Assembly (NCBI GenBank): GCA_945866155.1
Contig: CAMBGL010000001.1
Coordinates: forward strand, 1 to 35,266
Source of the DNA: Bifidobacterium breve
Lineage (GTDB): Bacteria; Actinomycetota; Actinomycetes; Nanopelagicales; Nanopelagicaceae
DNA: 35,266 nucleotides
Direction of reading: 5' to 3'
Part shown: one piece after another, positions 1 to 9,415 of the stretch
Position numbering within the stretch: the first letter of the stretch is position 1
Layout: each line of letters begins with the position of its first letter
Position numbers and translations under genes: made by a program
The notes under the pieces: generated by a model
Databases searched by the model: none
The model's input: the letters and a program-made list of their open reading frames with translations, nothing else
Told to the model about the DNA's origin: nothing

Positions 1-1
1 G

Positions 2-130
2 GTAATTACAGGCTCAAGTGATTATCACGGAACAGGAAAGATGAATTCTTTAGCTGAAAATTGGACGAGCCCAGAACATTGGCATCGACTAGAATCAGAA
101 TCTGATCAGCGAAGGGTGGTGAAAGCGTGA
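2..130 (+). CDS. 3' end of PHP-domain metal-dependent phosphoesterase (partial, runs off window)
   Basis: Frame 2 reads VITGSSDYHGTGKMNSL...KA*. GSSDYHG is the PHP C-terminal motif. The stop overlaps the marC start (GTGA). Not in the ORF track. Confidence 0.8.
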   Translation, partial: VITGSSDYHGTGKMNSLAENWTSPEHWHRLESESDQRRVVKA

Positions 131-744
131 ATCTAGTCGAAACTAGCGCTTTAACATTTACCATTCAATCTTTCGTAACACTGTTAGTGATTATGGATCC
201 ACCAGGTGCAACTCCAATATTTCTTAGTTTGGTTGCAGATAAAAGTGCGAAAGTTCGCCGCCAACTCGCAGTGCAGGCAGCCTTAGTCTCTCTCATTGTT
301 ATTTCGGTCTTTGCGCTTTTCGGTAGATTCATGCTCTCCTACCTCAATGTTTCTATTGAAGCACTTCAAGGTGCAGGTGGACTTCTACTCCTACTGATCT
401 CACTTGAACTCTTGACCGGACGCAGTGGCGAAAATTCGAAATCTGAAAATGCAAATGTTGCACTCGTGCCTCTTGGAACTCCATTACTAGCAGGACCTGG
501 AGCCATTGTTGCGACAATGCTCTTCGTTCAAGAGGCAACGACCCCCTCCTATATTTTTGGTCTCATTGCCGCTGTTGTTGCAGTTCATGTAGTTATTGCA
601 CTAGCACTACTTTCTTCAACAACAATTTTGCGCGTAATCCGTGAAGCAGGAGTAACACTTGTTGCGCGAATTGCAGGACTGCTTCTTGCCGCCATTGCAG
701 TCCAAATGATTGTTGACTCTATTCGTGGTTTTATAAGCGCATAA
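127..744 (+). CDS. marC: MarC family integral membrane protein
   Basis: Motifs MDPPGATPIF and VPLGTPLLAGPGAI; about 6 hydrophobic helices. Confidence 0.93.
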   Translation: MNLVETSALTFTIQSFVTLLVIMDPPGATPIFLSLVADKSAKVRRQLAVQAALVSLIVISVFALFGRFMLSYLNVSIEALQGAGGLLLLLISLELLTGRSGENSKSENANVALVPLGTPLLAGPGAIVATMLFVQEATTPSYIFGLIAAVVAVHVVIALALLSSTTILRVIREAGVTLVARIAGLLLAAIAVQMIVDSIRGFISA

Positions 745-746
745 TC

Positions 747-1538
747 ATGATTGATCCAGGTCTATATTCACCAGCAACGATTGTCTGGAAAATTCACTCT
801 GACCCTGCCATGGCAGTGGGTGGAATACGCGCTTTGCTCCAGCAAGCACTACATCCTGTTGCTATGGCAGGGGTGGCCGCACATTCGAATTTTCGAGATG
901 ATGCTTGGGGAAGATTACAACGCACAGGCGATTACGTTACGACTATAACTTTCGGTGAAGTTGAAGAAGCAAATAAACTTGCATCACGCGTCAGAGCCAT
1001 TCATACAAAATTAGGTTTAGATGACCCGCATCATTTGCTGTGGGTACACATGGCAATGGTGGATTCATTCCTAGATACAGCAGTGCGTTCAGGTTTAGAT
1101 TTATCAGATATCGAGCAAGACCTTTACATAAGCCAGATGCGAACATTTGCCGAATTAGTCGGTATCCCATCAGCAGATGTTCCAATTTCATTGCAAGAAC
1201 TCAGAGACTATTTCAAGGAGATTAGACCAGAACTTAGTGCCTCTGATGATGCAAAACGTGCTGCTCTCTTTTTATCAATTCCGCCAATGCCTAAATTGGT
1301 TCGCTTTGCAACACCTGCAGCACCTGCTTGGGCAACTCTTGCAACACTCGCCGCATCATCACTTCCTGCATGGGCACGAACACTTTATGGTTGGCCGAAT
1401 CTTCCCGGTGCACAAATTGCAACATCAATTGCTCTGAAGGCGACTAGGACGACTCTTTCACTTATACCTTCGGCAATTATTGAGCCACCAGTTTTCAAAA
1501 GCGCACGTATTCGCTGGAACCTTGAGGCAAGTGCGTGA
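747..1538 (+). CDS. DUF2236 / MpaB-like oxygenase family protein
   Basis: GGIRALLQQALHPVAMAGVAAHSNFRDDAWGRLQRT and LLWVH motifs typical of the family. Confidence 0.85.
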   Translation: MIDPGLYSPATIVWKIHSDPAMAVGGIRALLQQALHPVAMAGVAAHSNFRDDAWGRLQRTGDYVTTITFGEVEEANKLASRVRAIHTKLGLDDPHHLLWVHMAMVDSFLDTAVRSGLDLSDIEQDLYISQMRTFAELVGIPSADVPISLQELRDYFKEIRPELSASDDAKRAALFLSIPPMPKLVRFATPAAPAWATLATLAASSLPAWARTLYGWPNLPGAQIATSIALKATRTTLSLIPSAIIEPPVFKSARIRWNLEASA

Positions 1539-2218
1539 GCAAGATAGTTGCAATTGCAAATGTTGCAGGAGGATCAGGTAAAACAACTACCGCACATGCA
1601 CTAGCTGTTGCTTGTGCGGAGTATGGAAAGAAAGTTCTACTCTTAGATTTAGATGTATCTACTTCATTGACATTCCAGTTAGGGCTGGAGACCGAACGCA
1701 CAACTCTTGCGGATTTCTTGCAAGGTGCACCAATAAATGAGTCTCAGATTAGAAGAGTTGCAGAGAGATTCGACTTTATTCCATCGGATTCACGGATTTC
1801 TAGCCTTCATGAGATTGATACTTTTACTAAGTTTTTAGAGACTTTGCCTAAAGAATACGACTTAGTTCTACTTGATACTCCTTCAACTATTGATCAGAGA
1901 TTAGTAATGGCACTGGATGTCTCTGACTTGATCCTTATTCCAGTAACTCCAAATCTGCATTCAATTCGTGGTGCCAATCAGGTGAGAAAAATAGCCCCTA
2001 ATAAATCAATTTTTGGGTTCAAGATAGAGATGCGAAGTGATGCCAATACTTGGGATGATTCAATGGAATATTTGGATGCATTGATTCCCGATTCAGAACT
2101 AGTTGATAGAGCACAGAGTGATACGAGTTCTGTTATTACTCTCAATAATCAAAGTGAGATTGCTAGCGCCTATCGCGAACTTGCTTACTCTCTACTCGAG
2201 AAGTTAGAACTAATTTAG
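1535..2218 (+). CDS. Orphan ParA/Soj-family ATPase (Rv3213c-like position)
   Basis: GGSGKTTT P-loop, VLLLDLD, YDLVLLDTP. GTG start overlaps the upstream stop. Confidence 0.85.
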   Translation: MSKIVAIANVAGGSGKTTTAHALAVACAEYGKKVLLLDLDVSTSLTFQLGLETERTTLADFLQGAPINESQIRRVAERFDFIPSDSRISSLHEIDTFTKFLETLPKEYDLVLLDTPSTIDQRLVMALDVSDLILIPVTPNLHSIRGANQVRKIAPNKSIFGFKIEMRSDANTWDDSMEYLDALIPDSELVDRAQSDTSSVITLNNQSEIASAYRELAYSLLEKLELI

Positions 2219-3564
2219 CTCTCGCTCTTAAATTTCTTGTTACGAGTTCGCACACGCTCACTCTTTTTTGCCACTTCTGCCTTTTTAGCAGGCTCTGTTT
2301 TTCTAGAGGGCTCTGTTTTTCTTGTAGGTGCCACTACTGCTTTAGCCTTATTTATTCGGCCCGTTGTTCCTGCAGGAATTTTCATTACTTCAAAGAGGTG
2401 TTCGGAGGATGAGTATGTCTCTTCTGGTTCGGGTAAACCAAGAGCGAGTGCGCCATCAATCATCTTCCAGCGAGCAAGTTCATCCCAATCTACAAATGTA
2501 ACTGCAATTCCATCTGCGCCAGCTCGAGCCGTTCTACCAATTCGGTGGACATAGGTTTTTTCGTCTTCGGGACATTGGTAATTGATTACGTGAGTAATTC
2601 CATCAATATCAATTCCGCGTGCTGCAACATCGGTTGCGACAAGAACATCGGATTTTCCGGCTTTGAAATCTGAGAGAGCTTTCTCGCGAGCACCCTGACC
2701 AAGATCGCCATGAATTGTCGAAGACCTGAAGCCACGCTCTAATAGATCATCTGCAGTTTTCTGACATGTTCGCTTAGTACGACAGAACACAATTGTTGGT
2801 CCACGACCGTCAGCCTGAAGGATTCGTGCGAGCATTTCAATCTTATCTAGGGCATGCGCACGGTAGACATGTTGCTCAATGCGTGAAACCACAGCGCCTT
2901 CATCTTCATTATCTTGTGTGCGAATATGAATTGGTTGATTCATGAAGCGGCGTGCAAGTGCAATGATATCTCCAGGCATTGTGGCGGAAAACAGCATTGT
3001 TTGTGAACGCTTTGGAGTGCTGGTAAATATTTTCTCTACATCGGGCAAAAATCCTAGATCTAGCATTTCATCTGCTTCATCGAGTACAAGTCGAGAAACT
3101 TCTTTGAGTTTGAGTTGGCCCTGACGATATAAATCCAAAAGTCGACCCGGTGTTCCTACGACAATTTCTACACCATTTGTGAGTGCTTCAATTTGTGGCT
3201 CAAATGCTCGTCCACCATAGACTGCAAGCGTTCTAATCCCACGATTATTGGCTAGTTCATCAATATCTTTTGTTACTTGCACACAGAGTTCACGTGTTGG
3301 TACGACAACTAAAACTTGGGGGAGACCTTTATTCTCAAAGTCTGCCCATTGCGAATCAAGTGGTGCGATCACTTTTTCAATGAGAGGAATTCCAAAAGCA
3401 AGTGTTTTTCCAGTTCCAGTCTTTGCTTGCCCAATTACATCCCCATCACTGAGTGCGATTGGTAGAACCATCTCTTGAATAGGAAATGGTGATGTAAAGC
3501 CGTGAGTATTGAGTGCTTCTATCGTTTCACGGCGAAGAGGGAGATCAGCAAAAGTTTTACTCAC
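2215..3564 (-). CDS. rhlE: DEAD-box RNA helicase (RhlE-like)
   Basis: Q motif, AKTGTGKT, PTREL, TPGR, DEAD, SAT, HRIGRTARAG. Probable start is GTG 3564, just after the DUF3107 stop; the ORF-track extension to 3657 overlaps the upstream gene. Confidence 0.92.
   Translation of the reverse strand: MSKTFADLPLRRETIEALNTHGFTSPFPIQEMVLPIALSDGDVIGQAKTGTGKTLAFGIPLIEKVIAPLDSQWADFENKGLPQVLVVVPTRELCVQVTKDIDELANNRGIRTLAVYGGRAFEPQIEALTNGVEIVVGTPGRLLDLYRQGQLKLKEVSRLVLDEADEMLDLGFLPDVEKIFTSTPKRSQTMLFSATMPGDIIALARRFMNQPIHIRTQDNEDEGAVVSRIEQHVYRAHALDKIEMLARILQADGRGPTIVFCRTKRTCQKTADDLLERGFRSSTIHGDLGQGAREKALSDFKAGKSDVLVATDVAARGIDIDGITHVINYQCPEDEKTYVHRIGRTARAGADGIAVTFVDWDELARWKMIDGALALGLPEPEETYSSSEHLFEVMKIPAGTTGRINKAKAVVAPTRKTEPSRKTEPAKKAEVAKKSERVRTRNKKFKSES
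2291..2322. repeat. In-frame tandem duplication with 18-bp period in the helicase C-terminal tail
   Basis: ggctctgtttttct at 2291-2304 and 2309-2322, encoding RKTEP twice. Confidence 0.75.
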
Positions 3565-3565
3565 C

Positions 3566-3823
3566 TTAGAGTGCGCCGAAGCCCACACGACGAGCCGCAG
3601 GATTACCAACTTCAACAAAAGCAATTTTGTCAGCAGGGACAATAATTTCGTGGCCACGAATATCTGTTAGTTCTAGCGGCTTACCTGAAGAAAGTGCAGT
3701 TGCAACCGCAGCGCGAATATCAGCAGGGCTGAGGGGGCATTCAAATGTGAGGTCACCACTGACGTATGTAACTGCGATACGTACTTCGCTATTGTGGCTC
3801 GCTTGGTTCTTCTTAGTTGTCAT
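3566..3823 (-). CDS. DUF3107 family protein (Rv3208A/TB9.4-like)
   Basis: EVRIAV...LELTDIRG...IIVPADKIAFVEVG...RRVGFG. ATG 3823 lies 7 nt after a TAGGAT -10. Confidence 0.88.
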   Translation of the reverse strand: MTTKKNQASHNSEVRIAVTYVSGDLTFECPLSPADIRAAVATALSSGKPLELTDIRGHEIIVPADKIAFVEVGNPAARRVGFGAL

Positions 3824-3881
3824 AGTTCTAATCCTATCGGTGAGAAGTATCTGCAATTACCGCGCATTGTGCGCGAATAAA

Positions 3882-4514
3882 TTATTGATTACGTGGAAAT
3901 CCTGAAATACCTCGCCACATAAGATTTTCTACTAAATCAACAGCCTGCTGGCGAGTGAGTTTACTATCGCGCTCTAACCAATGTCGCGCTGTAACTTGGG
4001 CATATCCAATCATTCCAACGCCAAGAAGCATTGCAGCCTCTTTTGGTAGGCCAGTATCAACTGAAATAACGGCACTTGCTGCAGCGGCACAGTCATAGGT
4101 CATTCGCGTTAGTCGTTCGCGCACTGCTGGCTCAACACTCATATCACTTTCAAAAAGGAGGCGAAATGCTTCACCCTCACTTTCAATAAATGCAAAATAT
4201 GCAACAACTGTTGCACGCACTCGACTTGCATTATCTGGCGTAGAGGCTATGGCTTTCTGAATTTCAAAAACTAATGAGTCGATGTGAACATCGAGTACCG
4301 CCAAATAAAGATCAAGCTTTGATGGAAAATGTTGGTAGAGAACCGGCTTGCTCACTCCAGCGCGATCTGCAATTTCATCCATTGCTGCGGCGTGATAACC
4401 AGCAGCTGTGAAAACCTCAAGTGCTGCAGAGAGCAAAATTGCGCGTCTCTCATCACGGGGAAGGCGAGCCTTATCCTTAGGGATATCGTCCTTGTGCTCT
4501 TGTGTGCTTGTCAT
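3882..4514 (-). CDS. TetR/AcrR family transcriptional regulator (Rv3208-like)
   Basis: RLPRDERR...GYHAAAMDEIADRAGVSKPVLYQHFPSK HTH; C-terminal WRGISGFP. ATG 4514 lies 7 nt after TACCAT. Confidence 0.92.
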   Translation of the reverse strand: MTSTQEHKDDIPKDKARLPRDERRAILLSAALEVFTAAGYHAAAMDEIADRAGVSKPVLYQHFPSKLDLYLAVLDVHIDSLVFEIQKAIASTPDNASRVRATVVAYFAFIESEGEAFRLLFESDMSVEPAVRERLTRMTYDCAAAASAVISVDTGLPKEAAMLLGVGMIGYAQVTARHWLERDSKLTRQQAVDLVENLMWRGISGFPRNQ

Positions 4515-4620
4515 CGGAGTAATGGTAGAGCCCCATTGCGATAAAACGCTAATGAAAGTGCAAATCATTCGCAACCACTAATTGGCGGTCCCCACTCTTC
4601 GCGTGGCAGAATGGCGCATA

Positions 4621-5802
4621 ATGAAAATTCCTCCGCTAGTTTCTCCCGGCCCAGCACTTACCGTTGATGAAGTGCGTCGTTATAGCCGCCACTTGATAAT
4701 TCCTGATCTTGCTATGGCAGGGCAACAACGACTTATGAATGCAAAAGTCTTATGTGTAGGAGCTGGCGGACTGGGATCACCTGCACTGATGTATTTAGCT
4801 GCAGCAGGTGTAGGCACTATCGGAATTGTAGAATTCGATACTGTTGATGAATCAAATTTGCAGCGCCAAATTATTCATGGTCAATCTGATATCGGAAAGA
4901 GTAAGGCGCTTAGCGCTAAAGAGAAAATTGCAGAAATAAATCCTTTTGTAAATGTCATTACTCATGAATTACGCCTTGACACTTCAAACGTCATGGAAAT
5001 TTTCTCCCAGTACGACATTATTGTTGATGGTACAGATAATTTTGCAACTCGCTATTTGGTCAACGATGCTTGCGTACTTTTGAAGAAGCCATATGTATGG
5101 GGATCTATTTATCGTTTTGATGGACAAGCAAGTGTTTTTTGGGCCGAATACGGACCTTGTTATCGATGCCTTTATCCAGAGCCACCTCCACCAGGTATGG
5201 TGCCAAGTTGCGCAGAAGGTGGCGTACTCGGAGTTCTGTGTGCATCTATTGGTTCGATTCAAACCACAGAGGCGATCAAAGTAATTACAGGTATTGGCGA
5301 GCCACTTATTGGTTCTCTCATGATTTATGACGCACTCGAGATGTCATATCGAAAGATAAAGGTTCGCAAAGACCCTAACTGTCCATTGTGTGGAGATAAC
5401 CCAACTCAAAAAGCACTCTTGCCAGACTATGAAGCATTTTGTGGAGTACTAACAGATGCAGCTGAGATGGCTGTCAAAGATTCAACCATCTCTGTTACGA
5501 CGTTAAAAGAGAAAATGGATAGTCATGAAAAATTCTTTTTGATTGATGTTCGCGAACCAAGTGAATGGGATATCGTAAAAATTCCTGGTGCCTCCCTCAT
5601 ACCTAAGCAAGGATTTATTGATGGAAGCGCACTTGCGACATTGCCGCAAGATAGACCGATCATCTTGCATTGCAAATCGGGCATTAGATCAGCTGAATGT
5701 TTGGCGGTGCTAAAAAATGCAGGCTTTAGTGATGCGACACATGTCAGCGGTGGAGTTGTAGCATGGGTAAAACAAATAGACCCATCACTGCCGATTTACT
5801 AA
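4621..5802 (+). CDS. moeZ: MoeB/MoeZ sulfur-carrier adenylyltransferase with C-terminal rhodanese domain
   Basis: RYSRH, GAGGLGS, SNLQRQ, CYRC and CPLC zinc motifs, rhodanese DVREP...HCKSGIRS. Confidence 0.93.
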   Translation: MKIPPLVSPGPALTVDEVRRYSRHLIIPDLAMAGQQRLMNAKVLCVGAGGLGSPALMYLAAAGVGTIGIVEFDTVDESNLQRQIIHGQSDIGKSKALSAKEKIAEINPFVNVITHELRLDTSNVMEIFSQYDIIVDGTDNFATRYLVNDACVLLKKPYVWGSIYRFDGQASVFWAEYGPCYRCLYPEPPPPGMVPSCAEGGVLGVLCASIGSIQTTEAIKVITGIGEPLIGSLMIYDALEMSYRKIKVRKDPNCPLCGDNPTQKALLPDYEAFCGVLTDAAEMAVKDSTISVTTLKEKMDSHEKFFLIDVREPSEWDIVKIPGASLIPKQGFIDGSALATLPQDRPIILHCKSGIRSAECLAVLKNAGFSDATHVSGGVVAWVKQIDPSLPIY

Positions 5803-5820
5803 TATCGACGAAAGAAGAAA

Positions 5821-6690
5821 ATGCGCGATTCGTATGAAGGGTTTCGACTGCTATTAGTTCACGCACATCCCGATGATGAAACAATCAATAATGGCGCAAC
5901 AATGGCTCTTTATGCAGATTTAGGTGCGCAAGTAACCCTCGTTACCTGTACGCGCGGAGAAGAAGGTGAAGTTCTAGTACCGACTCTGGCTCATCTTGCC
6001 AGTGGAGCAGAAGATGGCTTGGGCAAGCATCGCGAAGTTGAATTAGCTAATGCAATGCAAGCACTCGGGATTACTGATTTTCGTTTTCTTGGAGCACCTG
6101 AGAAGAGTTTTCGAGATAGCGGCATGATGGATACTGAGCCAAATAAGCGCCCTGATGTTTTTTGGCAAGCAGATCTAGATACTGCAGCCAAACTTCTTGT
6201 GAAAATAATTCATGAAGTAAGACCGCATGTTCTTATTACATACGATGAAATAGGCGGATACGGGCATCCAGACCATATTCAAGCTCATCGCGTTGCAATG
6301 CGCGCAGTTGAACTTGCAGATCAATGGAAGGTACAGAAAGTTTATTGGAATACGATGCCAAAATCTGTACTTGAAGAGAGTATGAAAAAGATGAAGGAGT
6401 TAGGTTCTGACTTCTTTGGAGCCGAAAGCGTAGATGATCTTCCATTTGCTAAAGATGACAAATTTGTAACAGCGCTTATTAATGGTGAAAATTATGTACA
6501 AAATAAATTGGATGCCATGAAGGCGCATGAGACTCAAATTTCAACCGATGGTCCATTTTTTGCTCTCTCAAATAATCTTGGGTTACAAGTTTGGGGAGAT
6601 GAGTACTACACACTCGTTCTAGGAGATAAAGCAGAACCTTTCAATGACCAAGGGCGCGAAACAGATCTTTTTGCAGGCGTGATTTTATAG
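5821..6690 (+). CDS. mshB: GlcNAc-Ins deacetylase (mycothiol biosynthesis)
   Basis: VHAHPDDETINNGAT, TCTRGEEGE, RDSGM, GGYGHPDHIQAH, FFALSNN; conserved position near fdxA-dapC. Confidence 0.9.
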   Translation: MRDSYEGFRLLLVHAHPDDETINNGATMALYADLGAQVTLVTCTRGEEGEVLVPTLAHLASGAEDGLGKHREVELANAMQALGITDFRFLGAPEKSFRDSGMMDTEPNKRPDVFWQADLDTAAKLLVKIIHEVRPHVLITYDEIGGYGHPDHIQAHRVAMRAVELADQWKVQKVYWNTMPKSVLEESMKKMKELGSDFFGAESVDDLPFAKDDKFVTALINGENYVQNKLDAMKAHETQISTDGPFFALSNNLGLQVWGDEYYTLVLGDKAEPFNDQGRETDLFAGVIL

Positions 6691-7002
6691 ATGAGAGTCA
6701 TTTATTCGATAATTATCGGAGCATTGCTGGCACTTGGTTCAATTTTATTGCACTTGGTCTTGCCACCTTTTGGATTTCTCTTTGCTCTAATCTCTTCAAT
6801 GGCAGGAATCTGGGCAATCGGGCGATCATGGGGTAGAAGATATTTGAAAGTTATTGCTGGATGTGTGTGGGTAATTATTGTTATGCGGGGCGGCACTCCA
6901 GGACTTAGTAACGAAATTCTAATCCAGGCCGATGCTCTTGGAAGCGCTCTCATCAACATCGGATTTATTGCAATTTTTACAGCCGTTGCTATTACGCCTT
7001 AG
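6691..7002 (+). CDS. Small membrane protein downstream of mshB (Rv1171/DUF6113-like position)
   Basis: Hydrophobic 103-aa protein with about 4 TM segments, abutting mshB. Confidence 0.65.
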   Translation: MRVIYSIIIGALLALGSILLHLVLPPFGFLFALISSMAGIWAIGRSWGRRYLKVIAGCVWVIIVMRGGTPGLSNEILIQADALGSALINIGFIAIFTAVAITP

Positions 7003-8366
7003 AGAAAATCCCATTCTTGCCCTTGGGAAGTGTCGCTAACAAGAATTCCTAATTCTGCAAGTTCATCTCTAAGCGCATCACTTCTTGCCCAATCCTTGCT
7101 AGATCTTGCAATTTCTCGCTCCGCAAGTAAGGCCTCACAATTTTCAGGAAGTACTAAAAATGACTTAGATACTTCTAAACCCAATGCTAAGACTTGATTC
7201 GCATAAAGAAATATTGCTCGCTTCATTTCATCACTCATAGTTACATCTCGTTCAATTATGCGCATTCTTTGAATAGCACGCGGTGTATCAAGATCATTCA
7301 TCAATGATAAGAATATTTCTTCATCTTTCTTAACAATCAAACTTGAACCCCAGAGTTCCATTTTTTTGTGCCATCTTTTGAGAGTAATGGATGCTGATTC
7401 AATGGAATCCCAGGTCAAATCCATTTGTGATCGATAGCGGTTCTCTTGTGTTACTAGTCGAAGCGCCAAGGGGTCTATACCTCTGGCAGTGATATCTGAT
7501 AGCAGGATTACATTTCCCGCACTCTTTGACATCTTTCTACCTTCGAAAAGTAGATGTTCTCCGTGTACCCAAAGAGCAACGCTCTCACTCTGAGTTGTAG
7601 CATTTGATTGAGCTCGCTCATTCTCATGATGAGGAAAACGTAAATCAATTCCGCCTACATGTATGTCGACATGATTGTCTAAGAGATCCATTGACATCGC
7701 AGAGCATTCGATATGCCAACCAGGAAATCCAGGTCCCCAGGGGGAATCCCAGATCATTTGTGTTCGCTCTCCAGCACTTTTCCATAGCGCCCAATCAGCA
7801 TGGAAAAGTTTTCCGCCTTCATCGGTGTATTCATATCTGTGGCCGGGCTGAAGAGAATCAATTCTGTTTCCACTAATTGCACCGTAACTTGTAAATGATT
7901 TTACTGAAAAATACACATTTGAATCTGAACCAACATAGGCAAAAGAGTTTTCAATAAGTGTTGAAATCATCTTTTGCATCAAGTCGATAGTTTCGCTTGC
8001 ACGAGGATATGCAGCGGCAGGCTCGATATTGAGTAGTGCTAAATCATAATGAAATTTCGCTTCGTATTTACGGGCAATTTCAAAGGGATCGATATTCTCT
8101 TTTTTTGCTTGCTGCAATACCTTGTCTTCAACGGTTACGTCATCTGCCATATGACCAACATCAGTGATGTTTTGAATTAGCTTGACTGTAGATCCTTGAA
8201 GCTTGAGAGTGCGTTGTATTAAATCCGAGAGTATGAAAGTGCGCAGATTGCCCACGTGGGCATCTCTATAAACAGTAGGACCACAGCAATACATCGAAAT
8301 CGAGTCTTTACCTGGCGCAATTTCTTGAACTTCTCGACTTGCAGTGTCATACATTGAAAGGCGCAT
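6999..8366 (-). CDS. cysS: Cysteine--tRNA ligase
   Basis: CGPTVY, HVGN (HIGH), PGWHIECSAM, GGIDLRFPHHENE, KMSKS; C-terminal anticodon-binding domain (ARSSKDWARSDALRDEL). Confidence 0.92.
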   Translation of the reverse strand: MRLSMYDTASREVQEIAPGKDSISMYCCGPTVYRDAHVGNLRTFILSDLIQRTLKLQGSTVKLIQNITDVGHMADDVTVEDKVLQQAKKENIDPFEIARKYEAKFHYDLALLNIEPAAAYPRASETIDLMQKMISTLIENSFAYVGSDSNVYFSVKSFTSYGAISGNRIDSLQPGHRYEYTDEGGKLFHADWALWKSAGERTQMIWDSPWGPGFPGWHIECSAMSMDLLDNHVDIHVGGIDLRFPHHENERAQSNATTQSESVALWVHGEHLLFEGRKMSKSAGNVILLSDITARGIDPLALRLVTQENRYRSQMDLTWDSIESASITLKRWHKKMELWGSSLIVKKDEEIFLSLMNDLDTPRAIQRMRIIERDVTMSDEMKRAIFLYANQVLALGLEVSKSFLVLPENCEALLAEREIARSSKDWARSDALRDELAELGILVSDTSQGQEWDFL

Positions 8367-8367
8367 A

Positions 8368-9321
8368 CTAAGTCTCGCTACTTTGTATCACATACGAATA
8401 TTCGTGATGTTTCCTAAAACCTAAGCTCTTATAAAGTGCAATCGCTGCCTCATTAGATACATCAACCTGAAGAGCAGCCTTTGTAATTCCCGCTAAACGG
8501 AGATCGCGAAATACCAAGTGCATTAATTCCTGGCTAAATTTGAGACCCCGATATTCTGGCTTCACAAATAGACGTGAGATCACCGCCCAGTCTTCATGTA
8601 TTCCGGCACGAAGAACGGCAAGGGCAGTATTCTGCTTTTTCAAAATATAATAACGCGATTGGGTTTTATCCATCAGATCCAATAATTTTTCATCACCTTG
8701 CACTAAAAGCCATTCAGGATTACATATAGTACTGACTTCAAGAACTAAATCTGAATTAATCTCTGAAACTGGTATGTCAATAACTTGCACTTGTACTCTA
8801 AGTTTTTCTTTCCATCCATTCACCAATAAATAATTGAACAATTCCTGGTACAAAGGTAAGGGCAGGTGGAAAATGGGCTCAAGGTTGCGATCTGCATAAA
8901 AAGTGATTACATCCTTGATTGCCTCGTCAATATGTTTTTCAGGTTCACCAAATGGGGGCGCGCCTTGAGGTAATACAGAATTAGCTCGCATTGTGTATTT
9001 GCCACTGGCTCGTAATAACCATTGCCCATGCATAATCTGTTCGGTCGCACTCCATGTTGAATTAAGCAACTTTTCAAGTTCAACTATTCGAATCGAAAGT
9101 GGCGCACCTCTCCCAGCGCTTTTTGAAAGGGGAATAATCTCGCGATATATCGCAATCTCATTCTGAGAGAATGTGATTTCGCGACCATCTTTGTGGCGAA
9201 GCGTTGATGGCGATTCCAGTATTCCGACGATATCTCTGTAGCCACCACTAGCTTCGTGCAGACGGATAGTAAGGCGCTTACCAATGTGATCCATCAACCC
9301 CGTAGCGCCAGTCCACTTCAT
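8368..9321 (-). CDS. GNAT family N-acetyltransferase with extra N-terminal domain
   Basis: WLLRASGKYTMRANSV, V..EYRGLK, LQVDVSNEAAIALYKSLGF. ATG 9321 preferred (6 nt after TATCGT); alternative start 9348. Confidence 0.85.
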   Translation of the reverse strand: MKWTGATGLMDHIGKRLTIRLHEASGGYRDIVGILESPSTLRHKDGREITFSQNEIAIYREIIPLSKSAGRGAPLSIRIVELEKLLNSTWSATEQIMHGQWLLRASGKYTMRANSVLPQGAPPFGEPEKHIDEAIKDVITFYADRNLEPIFHLPLPLYQELFNYLLVNGWKEKLRVQVQVIDIPVSEINSDLVLEVSTICNPEWLLVQGDEKLLDLMDKTQSRYYILKKQNTALAVLRAGIHEDWAVISRLFVKPEYRGLKFSQELMHLVFRDLRLAGITKAALQVDVSNEAAIALYKSLGFRKHHEYSYVIQSSET

Positions 9322-9373
9322 GAGATAACGATAATCGCCCAGCCTCATCTCGCACCTTCTTCTACTTTGTGAT

Positions 9374-9408
9374 TAGAATCAGGGAGTTATTTACTGACAA
9401 TGAAGGAG
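9374..9408 (+). promoter_or_regulatory. Putative -10 (TAGAAT) and Shine-Dalgarno (AAGGAG) for fdxA
   Basis: TAGAAT 9374-9379; AAGGAG 9403-9408, 7 nt before the TTG start. Confidence 0.5.
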
Positions 9409-9415
9409 CCCTACC

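Noticed and set aside
5821-6690. Calling this gene mca (mycothiol conjugate amidase)
   Set aside because: HPDDETINNGAT, FALSNN and the position near fdxA-dapC fit MshB. Mca typically reads HPDDESSKG.
6999-8366. Calling this gene mshC
   Set aside because: It has CGPTVY/HVGN and a C-terminal anticodon-binding domain. MshC has CGITPY/HLGH and lacks that domain.
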